A DNA stretch of 64,000 bases, from the NCBI RefSeq assembly GCF_016433145.1, contig NC_058134.1, positions 33,020,757 through 33,084,756 on the forward strand. Direction: 5' to 3'. The notes under the pieces were generated by a model. It did no database searches. It was given only the letters and a program-made list of their open reading frames with translations, and was not told where the DNA came from. Source of the stretch: Gracilinanus agilis (taxonomy: Eukaryota). Shown here one piece after another: positions 37,480-50,030 of this stretch (the first letter of the stretch is position 1; each line of letters opens with the position of its first letter). The position numbers and the translations under genes are program-made.

Positions 37480-38962
37480 CATCTAGAAAACTGGCACCAA
37501 GATAGGCAACTGCTGGACTGTCCTAAAATCTTAATTCTTACATTAAAACTACATAAAAATTTTTGGGATGCTGTAGTTTAGTATAACACATTAGAGACTT
37601 GGGGAATGTAGTAGAAATAATGCCAATGGGCTTATGCAAAATTATCTAATGACTTTAATTTAATTTTTTAAAAACACTGAGCATCATTTTAATGAAGAAC
37701 TTTGGGACCAGAGTCTGGAAGACCTGCATTCAAATACGGCCTCAGATATTTCCTAGCTCTGTGACCTTGGGCAAGTCACTTAATTACTGTTTACCTCTGT
37801 TTCTTCAAATAAAAAATAGGCAAAATGAAAGCACCTCTCTCTGTGGCACAAAGGTATCCTCTAAATGCTAGCAATTTTAAATAATGCTAGTTTCACCTAA
37901 AATCAATTTTCACTTGTATTACCTTCACACCTATAATTTTATAACAACTGTGAAATAATCCTAACTTCCAAATCAAATATTACATTTAATTTGATAAAAA
38001 GACTGGATCAAAGGATAAGTTTTGTTTTTTAAATACTTTCTAAAGATTATTTGGCAGTAAGGTTATCTATACAGATTCCCTCCTTACTTTAATGGAAGAG
38101 TCCCAGGTGAACCACCCTGCAGTAGTAAGGGCTTAATAAACCTTTGATGAAAGAGAGGATGCAGATATTCCTTTATCCCCTCTATAAAGTTTTCGACAAT
38201 GGCATTACCGATTGCTGAGTTATCCAGGACCTTCTTCCTTCTCCCTTTTTTTGTGTCAATTAATCAAAGAGATAATATTTGTTTTAAAAAATGTGTTTCA
38301 CACACTGCCTAGAATATTGTAGTTGTTTATGGACCACAAAGAAGGAAAGGAGAGGAAGAGAAGGTGAGTACATGTATATAGAGTAACTACTATTTGCCCG
38401 GCTAGAGCCAACTCATAGCAGTGATTATTCCGATTTTGAAATTAGGCATCAAGTCAGAGCTTGATTTATTGTTTGTTGCTGTTCTAGACTTAAGAAAATG
38501 ATGAAGAAAATGTTAATAATATAGAATAAATTTGTGTGTATTTTATGTATATATACACATTTGTACAAAATGTACATTATATATATATGTATATATATAT
38601 ATGCAATATATAGAGAAAAAGAGGGTAGGCAGGCTGTTAAACATTTTAAAGCTCAATATGGTCTATAACTATATAGGACACATTGCAAGGATCTCAGGAT
38701 CATATAGCAAGGAATTAAAAGAGAAGATTAAAATGATGTGAATCCTTAAAATAATATTTTTATAGCACTATTCAGTTAGCAAAGTTCATTAACTCAGATC
38801 ACTTGGCTTTAATATTTAATAGTGACAAAGTAGTTGTTGTCTTGCAATTTTTTTTCATGTTCAGTTTCCTATATCTAAAATCTATTTGATGAACATTCAT
38901 TGTGATTTCTCTTTACTTTTTTTATGAATTTTTTGATATTTTGTGTCTACATTACCTTATAT

Positions 38963-39156
38963 CAGTGATTCCCAAAGTGGGCGCCACCACCCCCTGGTGG
39001 GTGTTGCAGCGATCCAGTGGGGCGGTGATGGCCACAGGGGCATTTATCTTTCCTATTAGTTGCTATTAAAATTTCAAAAAAAATTAATTTCTAGGGGACT
39101 AAGAAATATTTTTTCTGAAAAGGGGGAGATAGGCCAAAAATGTTTGGGAACCACTA
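38963..39156. mobile_element. hAT MITE with perfect TSD
   Basis: TIRs cagtgattcccaaa / tttgggaaccacta. Perfect 8-bp TSD ccttatat (38955-38962 / 39157-39164). Confidence 0.92.
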
Positions 39157-39426
39157 CCTTATATTCTACCCTGTATCTCCTTATTCCCAAGTGTGTCTAT
39201 TTAACAGCCATATTTTCAAAAGGGACGGAGGGGGGAATAATCAGTCAACCCAAAACATAGATTAAACAATCTGATTATATTTGCAGTGTTCCATGCCTTT
39301 GAACTCCCCTTCCCCTGTACACATACCTCTGCAAAGGAGTGTGGGAGTTGTCTTCTCATATCTCTTCTTTGGGGACAAATACATGCAAATAGGATCCAGT
39401 AGAGAGGGAGAGATTATATATTCATT

Positions 39427-39660
39427 CAGTGGTGTAGGAGAAAATGTTCAACAGCCAACTCTCTAGGGTGGGGGGTTGTACCCAGGATACACTTTTAAGT
39501 TTAACTTGCATTATTAACATTTTCCCATCGCTGTCTTAAGACGAGACAATAAAAACAACAAATCAAGCTCTGATTTATAATTTTGCTGATTTCTGAGGTA
39601 TAAATGCTTACATTAAACTTTTTAAAAATGTTAATGTGGACCAGCTTTGGCATACCCAAT
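39427..39660. mobile_element. MER63_Marsup-like hAT-Blackjack MITE
   Basis: Starts cagtggtgt; 'caggatacacttttaagtttaacttgcattattaacattttccc...aaatcaagctctgattt...gaggtataaatgct' matches the recalled consensus. TSD not resolved. Confidence 0.65.
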
Positions 39661-41149
39661 CTGTCTCCTTTTCTACCTATATTGATATTTTTTTTAAAAA
39701 GCAGGATAGTTATTGCTAGTGCAAGTTATTGATACAAACAGGAGGGCATGGAATCAATGCTATATATTAAAGAATTAGCCTGAGTGAAGGTTATGGCTTT
39801 TCTTCTAGGTCTAAAGTAGGTTGGAATGCTGAGAAATATTGAAGGACCAGGAAAGAGAGTTGGGTGAGAAACCTTCTTTCTCTTCACTTCAACTTTCTTA
39901 CCGTCAAAAAAATATTATTTGCTAGATTAATGTTGAGGTTTCTTTGACGTCTAACAGAAGAGGTGCTTCTGCCCTGGGAGGTAATTGAAAACAGATCTTC
40001 CTTTAACATTTCCCTTGTAATGTCATTAATACTCTCATAATAGTGCTCCAGTTATTCGGAAGTTAATTTTGTAGCCAAATCAGCCCTCCGGAATAGAAGG
40101 AAAGACCCAGAAATCAGGAAAGAGGCTCCTGAGCTCCAGAAAGGCAGCCACAAAATCCGTTTACTCCAGAAGGACCAGGCACTTGACTCCTCTGGCCACC
40201 ACTTAAAGACTTATTGACTGATTTAACAGGTAATCCTTAAACAGGGTTATCTGGTTCTTCAGACCACAACAGATTAGAGGCAACCCCCCATCCTGTCACT
40301 AGCTATCAGAGGCAGGCAAAAGGGCATGAGGGGAGGGCACAGAACCAGATACAGAACTGGAGGGCTGTGTGAGAGAATCGACTTTAAATTTTAAGTATAG
40401 GCAAACGTACATTTAATTGGTTGTGTTTAAAGTTCATGGAATTATGAGTTATTTTAGAAAAAGAAGGTTCATAATGATGAGACTAAATCAAGAAGAAAGG
40501 CTTCTATCCTGTTCCTTAGTCCATGTGGAAGATGGCAGGTAAGTTTATGGTTTGGGGGAAAAATGCCTAAACAATAGTGAGGACGAGGCTTGGCACTTCA
40601 AGAGATCAGCTTGTTTGAAATCTTCAAAACCAAAGTAGAACCAGGAAAACAAGGGAAACAATGAGGTAAGTAAAAGCAACATTAAAAGGCAATGAACTGT
40701 GCTTAAAGGCAATGGGCAATGCTCCATGTTCATTCTAGAGGATACGTGATTAAATTTGCCTTAATTCTTTCCATGGGCTGGCAAAGGCTAAGTGTTGCAT
40801 ATTTTGTCAAAAGTAGTTTCTATTTTGGTGGATTTTGCTTGACAACTTTTTTTTTGGTGCCAAAAGAAGGGTCTGTCAGAAATAAGAAGCTTTCAAGGAT
40901 GTCTTTTTATGGTTGTTTAGTTGTGTCTGACTTTGTGACACCATTGGGGTTTTCCAAGATACTGGAGAGGCTTACCATTTCTTCTCCAACTCATTTGTCA
41001 AATGTGGAAACTGAGGCAAACAGGAGTAAGTGACTTGCCCAGGGTCACACAGTGAGTAAGTGGTTGAGATCAGATTTGAATTCAAGTCTTCCTGTCTCTA
41101 AGCCTGGTTCTCTTTCCCCAATATCGTCTAGCTTCCTGTAAGAATGTCT

Positions 41150-41540
41150 GGTTTATATAAATGAATGAATGAAAAGATTTCAACGAAACAACATGGATAT
41201 AAATACATTGATTAGGAGAAAAATAAGAAAGGAAAGGATATCAAATATGAAGTAAATTAGGAAAGATTTTGAATGAGGCAAAGGTGATATAATAGGAGAA
41301 GAGTAGAACTCTAAGGGACTTGTAAGGAGGGAGTATTTTCAAGGGATGGGGCAAATGCATATTGGTGGAAGTAGTAGAACTACTAACAAATATGCCAGTT
41401 GATGAAAATGTAGATTGTAGGAGCAAGACTAGTGTGTAATGTCTGGAAAGGAATGCTGGGAAAGGACTTGAGAGAATTAATTTCCATTTAGATGTTGCTA
41501 CAGAGAAGTCCAGGGCATAGTTTGATACCATGCTGAGTAA
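41150..41540 (-). mobile_element. L2 LINE fragment
   Basis: 'gagagaattaatttccatttagatgttgctacagagaagtccagggcatagtttgatacc' is L2 antisense. Confidence 0.6.
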
Positions 41541-44229
41541 TAGTTATTCCCAGACTACATCAGAGACCTGAGACTTTTCTACCACTCAGATTATCCTCTT
41601 AGTCTAAATTTTTTTTAATTTTCATAGTGTTCTCAAACCTGGCACTTCTAGATTTAAATCACAGAAACAAAACATTTCTAGAAAGGAAAAGAAATAAACA
41701 GTAGATAACGACCACCAAGAGGTACCATATGTTTTCTGGAATCAAGTGCTTTGGTTAAAGAGGCAGAAGAGGGTCGAATGAATTCAAGAAAAAGTCATTC
41801 TTGTTTCCTCCAACAGAAGTTCCTCATGTTATAGTTATCATCAGTAACTATAGTCTACCTGATACACAAGTGTATGTTTTGTAAAATTACATTTAAATAT
41901 GATATACCTAAAGACCAATGAGTCATTTTTTTTCAGTAATAGAATTATAGCAAATATATAAAACTATAACTTACAGATGCTATTTGGAGCCTGGCTGGCT
42001 TAGGATGGGAGAGCCTGGAAACAATAAATGAACCACAGTTACTCACTGTTGTCAGACAGTCTAATGATACCCTACCTAGAGAAGAGAGAAATGGGGCGAG
42101 CTTGAGTGACAATTAGAAGAAAATGAGACTTTTTGAAACTAGTCACTCAGTAGGATTCAGATATATTTTTCAATATCCAAGAGTCAATCTGTCCAGTTTG
42201 CCAGAAGTCAGCCTATGAATCAATTCTGTTTCTCCTCCTCTGGTTATTTTGCATGATACTGTAAGGCTCTCCATCCTTTCTTAGAAACTCTTCTGCAAAG
42301 AAATTGATTTTCTGATGGAAGATACTGAAGGATATCTTTAGCATTCGTGAAGGGACAACTAATTTAGCATTATCAGTAAGTTGGATGGCTGTTTTTTTTT
42401 TCTCCCAGCAGTAAACAAGAATTAAGCTGTCATTTATGCTGTTTCTGTTTCCCAAAATCCTTCACAGGGCTGTGGCACGATTCAACATCTTTCAAGCCAA
42501 GTTAGTCCTTATTCTGAGCTTACTTCTGTGTCTCCATCTGCATCTGTTGTCATGTTCTGAGACATCACACACTTTAGTATATGAATTAGGGTAGGCTTGT
42601 CTATACCTTTGTCCTTGTAGAGTGAGGGGACGAGTATGAGAATTATGCTCTATTGGAATAGGAGCCTCCCAGGTAAGGAAATTTCCCTCTACCAATGCAG
42701 ATTGGAATCTTTTCTGCAATTTCTAGTTTTAGAGAATGGCCCGAGGCACTGGGTGTTTATGTGACTTGCCAAGTGTCACATAACCAGTGTAAGCCAGAGG
42801 CAAAATTTGAATCCAGGACTTGCTGGCTCTTGGGATGACTCTTTAGCATTATTATGCATTATTCTTCATGTATATGAATGGATATGTACACACGTATGCA
42901 TATGCACATGTAGATAGATGCATGTTTGAATTCAGTTCTTGTGCTATTTTTTTTTCAAAATCTAAAATAGGTCACTTTAAGTAGTTTGTTTTCTCTTATT
43001 TACAGAAAGAATTTTAAAGTTTCCAGTTTAATGAAATACATCAAACTAAGGTGACTGATTAGGAATTTTAAAATAATTTCCCCCATCTCTCATTAGTTCT
43101 GATTGCTCCTTCAGAAAGTTGTTCATTAACTCTCCTAGTGAAATCAGACTCCCAAGGATGTTTTTCCTTTTTCCTAATTTATTATCACCCAGCTTTCCCC
43201 CTCTTAAAAAAAAAAAAAGTATTTCAAAACCTCTCCCTTTTTTGTTTTCCCCTCCTCATTTTTTTGACCTGCTTCATACTATTGGTATTTCAAAGAATTA
43301 GAAAGAGGTAAATATTAAAAACACAGTAAGTTGGGTAGATAATGGATTTTTACCTAAAAGCTGAACATAACCACGATTTTGAAAAATGGTTTCACTTGAC
43401 TGAGAACACAGGGAGCCATAGAACTAGTGGATGTAAGATGTCATGGCAGGTAAACACAGCTACCATTTGCCTGGCCAAGACAGGTCAGTAGCAACCACAT
43501 GGACATCAGATCTCTATCCAAGTGGGTCATATTGGATCAGTAAGGAGCCTGGCAAAATCTAAAAGGCTCACCTATATTTCTGCTTAGATACTAGATATTT
43601 AGGAGAATCTTTAGGTAACTGGAGACCAAAGAAGAATAGATACATGAAGAGTAGTTAGGATATTTATTGCCTATAGATTTGTAGGGACATGAGTCCTTTG
43701 GGAGATCTGGGTTTTATGTAGTAGTGCACTTTCCCCATTAATATTGTACATACATATGCTGGGATTCTGTACCTCACTTTTATAAGGGGAATTTTCTGTT
43801 GCTACTTAAGTAATCAGAGTACCATAGGTTTAAATCTAGAGGGACCTTAATGATCAACAAGTCCAATATCCTCATTTCATTGGTGAAGAAACAGATGCTT
43901 TAAGGTGACTTGGCTGAGATCAGGTAGGTATTAAGCTTCAGAAGTGGGAGAAAATATTCTTTTCACTGTGAAGAATAATGATTAGGTTTAAACCAACTCT
44001 GTCACTTCTTACCTTTATGACCTGGGGAAAGTTGCTTTCCTACTCCTTAGTTAACTCAACTGCAAAATGAACAGATTGGTGGCTCCCATCAAGGACACTT
44101 CTGTTCCAATCTCCAAGATGATGGACATCTAATACTGGATGAGATTTTGACTTCATTAAATACTTTGTCTTTGGATTACTTGTGTCCTTTGACTGATTAA
44201 TAAAAGAAAACATATCCACTGGGGACTTA

Positions 44230-44395
44230 TGAGCTATGGCTTTTTTTTTAAACCCTTACTGTCTATCTTAGAATCAATGGTATATATATTGTTTCCATGG
44301 CAGAAGAAGTAAAGTTAGGCAATAGGATTAAGTGACTTGACTAGGGTCACACAACTAGGAAGTGTCTGAGGTCAGATTTGAACCCAAGACACTTA
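44230..44395 (-). mobile_element. Partial SINE1_Mdo-type SINE
   Basis: 'ttttttaaacccttactgtctatcttagaatcaat...aagtgacttgactagggtcacacaactaggaagtgtctgagg'. Confidence 0.8.
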
Positions 44396-44604
44396 ATTGT
44401 CCCTGAGCTATGCCTGTTTGACTAAATGCCCAGAGTCATATATTACCTTAAGCCAATGGAAACCCTGAAATTTGCTTTTGTTTGTGTCTTGTCTCTTAAC
44501 TAATGCGTAAGCTCTATGAGAACAGGAAGAATGTCCTACCCAAATCTGTTTTCCACCATGACCTTGCATAGTTTTCTATACATTGTATATAAATGATTAA
44601 CATT

Positions 44605-44808
44605 GGGGGTAGCTGGGTGGCTCAGTGGATTAAGAGCTCTAGAGATGGGAGGTCCTGGGTTCAAATATGGCCTCAGACACTTCCTACCTGTGTGACCCTA
44701 GGCAAGTCACTTGACCCCCATTGCCTAGCCTTTACCACTCTTCTGCCTTGGAACCAATATATATATATAGATTGATTCTAAGACAGAAGGTAAGGGTTAA
44801 AAAAAAAG
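44605..44808 (+). mobile_element. SINE1_Mdo-type SINE, full length
   Basis: gggggtagctgggtggctcagtgg head, A-tail, TSD aaatgattaacatt (44591-44604) / aaatgattaatatt (44809-44822). Confidence 0.95.
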
Positions 44809-45749
44809 AAATGATTAATATTTAATTAATTCATTAAACATGATTAATGTTTGTTGGATTGGAGAGATACCTATGCAGAGAATGAAATATGAAACTTTCC
44901 TGACAAAGCATACTTTTCCTTTAATTCCTCCAGAATTCTCACTCTCTTCCAGTCCAGATCCAATGGAATTGGTGTACTTACTGTCTTCTCAATTCTTAGA
45001 AATATGTGACATGCATATACATGGGTGAGGAGCATAATTCTAGGGAAGCATTCAAGGGAAACAGGAAGGTTTATTTTTTTAACATATAGATTTAGTCTCA
45101 TTTAATGGCATCAGCATTTTAATGATGTTGGGAGAACATTATGTCTGTGTTTGTAAATAAGAAGCACAAATGCCCAGCTCATTTAGTGGCCCATAAAAAT
45201 CCAACCATAATTTCCCTAAATTAATCAGACAATTTGTGGATATATACTGATTAGATGCCATAGCTAATTAATTTAGTTCTTTCCTTTTACATATTTTATG
45301 CTTTTTAAAAATAATGGAAGCACGTAATTAAAATGCATTATCTTGAATTTAAAGTGTCTTCATAAATGGTCTGATAAATGGAGATGAGTGAGGAGGTTTT
45401 TGTCTATTCAGCAAATATTGCCCAAGGGTTCACTGGGCCACTCAGTCTTGGGATAGGATTGGGATGTCTTCTATTTTTCATGAGTTATGTCACTACCTAC
45501 CTACGTGATTTCATTCTAGCTTCCCAACAACCTTAGGAGTCAGGCAGGGAAAATGTTAGTGTGAGTATGAGCCAGGGGAAAGAGCATTGGCTTTGGAAGC
45601 CACAACCACTGCTTGTATCTTTGCTACCTGATACCTCTGTGGCTTTAGGCAAGCCATTCTCTTCTTATTGGCCTCATTCTCCTCACCCGTAAAAAGGAGG
45701 GGTTTGGATTAGGTGACTTTTAAGGTCTCTTCTAGTTCTTTTTGTTTTA

Positions 45750-45890
45750 ATTTGAATTTTTTTATTTAATTAATTACTTGAGAATATTTTTCCATGGTTA
45801 CATGATTTATATTCTTTCCCTCCCCTCTTCCCATCCCCCTCCCATAGCCAACAAGAAATTCCACTGGGTTTTACGTGTGTCATTGATGAT
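45750..45890 (-). mobile_element. Short L1 3' end
   Basis: 'ttttccatggttacatgattt...cccatagccaacaag...gtgtcattgat' is homologous to 600-710. Confidence 0.8.
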
Positions 45891-46346
45891 TCACTCATAT
45901 TGCTTTTACAAATAAGAGTCATGGATTCTGTATTCTGTGATCACTGTAGTGATCACCTAGTCTAGTCCTGTCAGGTTCACAGATAAGGAAACTGAGGTTA
46001 AGAGAGCTTGTGTCCCTTATCCAAGGACATACAGGTAATGAGGGACAAAGACAGGACTTGAACTCTACTCCTCTGGCACAAATCACATAAGATCTATCTA
46101 CAAAGTAGAAGAAGGAGGCTTTGAAGTCAAATGCTCTGTTTCCAGATTTTGTCAAAAAAGACTTAGCAAGGCTGTTGGACTCTCCCAAGGCCAGGCATCT
46201 CGGTGAAATAAAATATTCATTAGTCCTTGGCTTCCTCCCAAGTTTCCCTGCTTATTACACCATACTGTGGCAATATCATTTTGCACGGTTTCTTATATTT
46301 TCTTCTATTCATTGCCATAATTATAACATGGACAGCTAGATGGTAC

Positions 46347-46754
46347 TGTGAGGACTGAAAAGAAAAACTACCTGATTCTCTGATCTCTTTATAAAACTTT
46401 TTTAAAGAAAAGAAAACAAAAAATCACGGCAGTTCTCCAGCTGAAATTAACTAGAGCCCCAGAGAAGAGAAGAAGAACCCTTCTCAGATTCAAAGGCCCC
46501 TCCCAGGTGCAGGATTGGTCCTTATTTAGACCAATCTTGTTCCTGGAAGTAATGGGCGTGACCTATACTCTGCATGGGATTGGTCCAATTCAGGACCAAT
46601 CCCATGTCAGGAAATAGGGAAGGCGGTGGTCCTTCCCCTATCATGAGACTGGTCTACTAAAGACCAATCCCACACCAGGAAGTAGAGGGGTGGGACCTCT
46701 GAGGCATGCTGGGAGAAGTAGTTTCCCCACATGCACAATCTTTTAAAACCCACA
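46347..46754 (-). mobile_element. ERV solo LTR (408 bp, ERV1-like)
   Basis: TGTG...CACA termini and a 4-bp TSD gtac (46343-46346 / 46755-46758). Orientation is inferred: U3-type motifs lie at the high-coordinate end and a U5-like AT-rich end at the low-coordinate end. Confidence 0.85.
46510..46723. promoter_or_regulatory. LTR U3 motif cluster: three inverted CCAAT pairs, GGAA (ETS) sites, GC boxes, ZNF143/THAP11-type motif
   Basis: attggtc-N7-gaccaat twice plus one actggtc variant; (c)aggaagt/aggaaat; gggcgtg, aggcggtg, ggggtggg; reverse complement aactacttctcccagcatgcc at 46703-46723. Motif match only. Confidence 0.55.
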
Positions 46755-47569
46755 GTACAGTGGATGAAGTACTGGGATTAGAGTCAGGAAAATCTGAGCT
46801 TTAGATGCTTAGTAGCCACATGACCCTGGATAAGTCACTTAACCTTAATTTGTCTCAATTCCTCATCTGTAAAATGGAAACATACTAGAGAAGGAAATGG
46901 CAAACCATTCTAGTATGTTTGACAAGAAAACCCAATGGACACAAATTCCATGGGATCATGTAGAGTCCAGATGCCACTGAATGAAAACAACATTTATAAC
47001 TTTCATGTCTCATCGTTCTCCTGCAGGATTCATCCATGGATTCACTTACAATACTCAGACCATCTATTATCAATTACCTTCTATTTAGTACTTGTAAAAA
47101 TGGCTGGAGCTGCATGTCTCTATCTATAAAACTAGATAATTAGCTTGCTGTAGACAGCACTTTGTATTTCATAGGGTCACAGGTTTAGAGCTTAGAAATC
47201 ATCAAGTCCATCCACATTATTATATTAATGATGAAACCCAACAACCAGGGCAGGTGGATTCAAATTCTGCTCAGGAATTTGTAGGATTCCTTTAACTCCT
47301 CAGTGCCTCAAGGCAGCCCTAAAAGGCTTAATCACAAAGAAAATGTTAAGCTGCACTGACAGAGGGTTTTCTGTCCTGCAAATGAAGTCACCAGTCCTGC
47401 CCCCATCCTATTTCATAATATCCCCTCTTCACCCACTCCATATTCCAATCAAACTGACCTTCTGGTAATTTCCTGTTTTTTACCCAATATCTTTTAATCT
47501 AGTGTCTTTGTACAGATCGTTTCCCTTTTCCTATACATCTTTCCCTTCAGAATTTTTGTTTTCCCGTTT

Positions 47570-48420
47570 TAAAAAAATTGTGCAAACTGGATAGAAGGAA
47601 GCAGAGAAAGAAACAGAAAAAAACCAGGATAGGTTTGAAAGAAACATGTTTAATTTATTACATGCTAAAAAGCTAGATATGAGTATTAATAAATTATTAT
47701 TTTCATTTGTATTTGATTTTTCCCTAATTATATATATAAAACAGTGTACAACATTTTTCTAAGAATATTAAGACTCGAATTCTCTCCCTCCCTCCCTTCC
47801 TTGATTTAATCCCCCACCCCCTTGAGATAGTAAGCAATTTCATATAGGTTTTACATGTGTAATCATGTAAAAACAGTTTTTCCATATTAATCCTTTTGTA
47901 GAAGGAAACTCAAATGAAGAAAAAAGGAAACTGAAAAAAGATTACTTTGGTCTGGATTCCAACTCAGTTCTTTTATTTTTTTTTTGAGGTAGATATGTCT
48001 TTTCATGAGTCCTTTGAGATAATTTTTGAACATATGTTATATGAGATCAATTTTTGATCAAAATTATATGAGAGAATTTTATTCCCAGTTGTTCATTGTA
48101 AAGGATATACTGTACAACATTCTCTTGGTTCTGATTATTTCATTCTGCTTCAATTCATGTAAGTCTTTCCAGATTTTTCTAAGCTCCTTCTGTTTGTAAT
48201 TGTTACAGAACAATGATATTACCTTATAATCATATACTATAACTTACCCAGCCATTTATCAGTTGATGGAAATTCCCTCATTTTCCAAATCTTTGTCCTT
48301 CTAAAAAGAACTCCTTTAAATATCTTTGCATATGTAGATCCTTCACCCCCCTTTTTTATCTTTGGGATACAAACCAAGTGATGGTCAAAGGGTATATACT
48401 ATTTTATAGCCTTTTTGACA
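47570..48420 (-). mobile_element. Older L1 3' UTR and ORF2 end
   Basis: 'ttcatataggttttacatgtgtaatcatgtaaaaac...cccagccatttatcagttgatggaaattccctc...tttgggatacaaaccaagt'. Confidence 0.7.
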
Positions 48421-49059
48421 TGTGATAATAAATTATTAAAATTATACATGACTTCACAAATAACCCTACTTTTCCTGTTTTAATTTTACATAGAAATAAT
48501 ATTTTGTGGCTGTCAACCAAATGTAACGTTTTAAAATTGACTACCTCCTTCAGGTTTTGAATTTGATGCCACCTGTTGGTGAAATCTTAGTCAAAAAATA
48601 CTTAATAAGTCCTACTGTGTCCTAGATACTGTGCTAAGCATTAGGGATATATGGAAGGGTAAGGGAATTAATGCCATCTCCCTCTTGCATATTCTTTGTA
48701 AATTATCCTTATATAGATTGTGCTCTTACAATGGAAAGTAAGTACCGTGAGGGAAGATGATATTTAATAAAAGCTGAATTTAGGTAAGAGCAGTCATGGA
48801 GTATACCATTTGATAAATAATGTCTCTGATAAGGACCAATTGTAGAGTATAGCATTTGATAGACGGTGTCCTTGCCTAGGACCAGTCATGGATCGCACCA
48901 TTTGATGAATCCTGTCCTTAAATTGTAATATAGAAAATCATACTGCCATATTTTCATGGGGCAAGTTGGCAGTTTGCCCTAGTTAAAATATAGAACTTGG
49001 CATGAGCCAGGGAGCAGGTGGCACCTGGCAGTTGGAGCCAGATATTCATTAGTCCTTGG

Positions 49060-49248
49060 CTGGGTAGCTCAGTGGATGGAGAGCCAGGCCTAGAGACAGG
49101 AGGTCCTAGGTTCAAATCCAGCCTCAGACACTTCCCAGCTGTGTGACCCTGGGCAAGTCACTTGATCCCCATTGCCCACCCTTACCATTCTTCCACCTAT
49201 AAGTCAATAAACAGAAGTTAAGGGTTTAAAAAAAAACAAAACAAAACA
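49060..49248 (+). mobile_element. SINE1_Mdo-type SINE, slightly 5'-truncated
   Basis: ctgggtagctcagtgg...ggcctagagacaggaggtcc...aagggtttaaaaaaaaacaaaac. No clear TSD. Confidence 0.9.
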
Positions 49249-49249
49249 C

Positions 49250-50030
49250 TGAGTACCTGATAGGGAGTTAGATTCAAGGAAGACTAGAAAGGTGGGAAGA
49301 ATGTTGTGAAAAGTTTTAGATACCAAATAATTGCAAGATCCTGAAAGTCATAGGAGGGCACTGGAAGTGATGGAGGCACAGAGATGGCAGTGAGGATGAT
49401 ACAATCCTATCGGCAATTTAGGAAACTGATTTGAACATCTTCATGAGAATTCACTAGTTGGGGAAATATTTGAGGCCGGGAGAAAAATCCAAAGTCTGTT
49501 ATAATAATCTTGGCGAGATGATGAGAGACTGCAGCAGAATGGTGGCTAGGTGAGTGGACGAGAGAAGAGGGGAGAGTCTATAGAAGAGAGATTGCAAAGA
49601 TAGAAATAACAAGCCTTGATAGTATTTAGATATATGCTGTGAGTGCAGGAAAAGATCGAAGGATGATGGTGGGTTTGCAAGAGATTGGTGATGCCCTCCA
49701 AAGGAATTGGGAGGTTTGGAAGGAGGAGTATTTGGAGAGAAAGAAAGTGAATTCTGATTGGGGCATGTTGAATTGGAGATGCCTATGACACTTTTCATTT
49801 CAGATATCCTAAAAGTAATTGTTGATCCCTGGATCTCAGTATAAAAGTTAGGTCTACATCTAAAAATCTCAGAGCTGTCCGCATAAATACCATAAATGAG
49901 CCCATGATTGCTGCCAAGATTACCAAAGGACACAGAATACAGAGAGTAGACAAAATGGTCCAGGATAGAGTCTTGGGGGACACCCATGGTTAATGTTGGG
50001 GAATGAAAATTTCACCAGAAACTGAGGAAG
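49250..50030 (-). mobile_element. L2 LINE fragment
   Basis: The minus-strand ORF 49499-49987 begins GVPQDSILDHFVYSLY...YADSSEI, a decayed L2 RT motif (GVPQGSVLGPLLFSLY...YADD). Confidence 0.8.

Larger units (their letters stand above)
46328..46970 (+). mobile_element. Mar1-type SINE with RTE-like tail, interrupted by a solo LTR
   Basis: 'ggacagctagatggtac' joins 'agtggatgaagtactgggattagagtcagg' once the LTR is removed; tail 'gagaaggaaatggcaaaccattctagtat'. Confidence 0.8.

Noticed and set aside
42213-42455. LTDNAKL resembling the CR1 RT motif FADDTKL
   Set aside because: The surrounding peptide does not continue the homology; the similarity is too weak to call.
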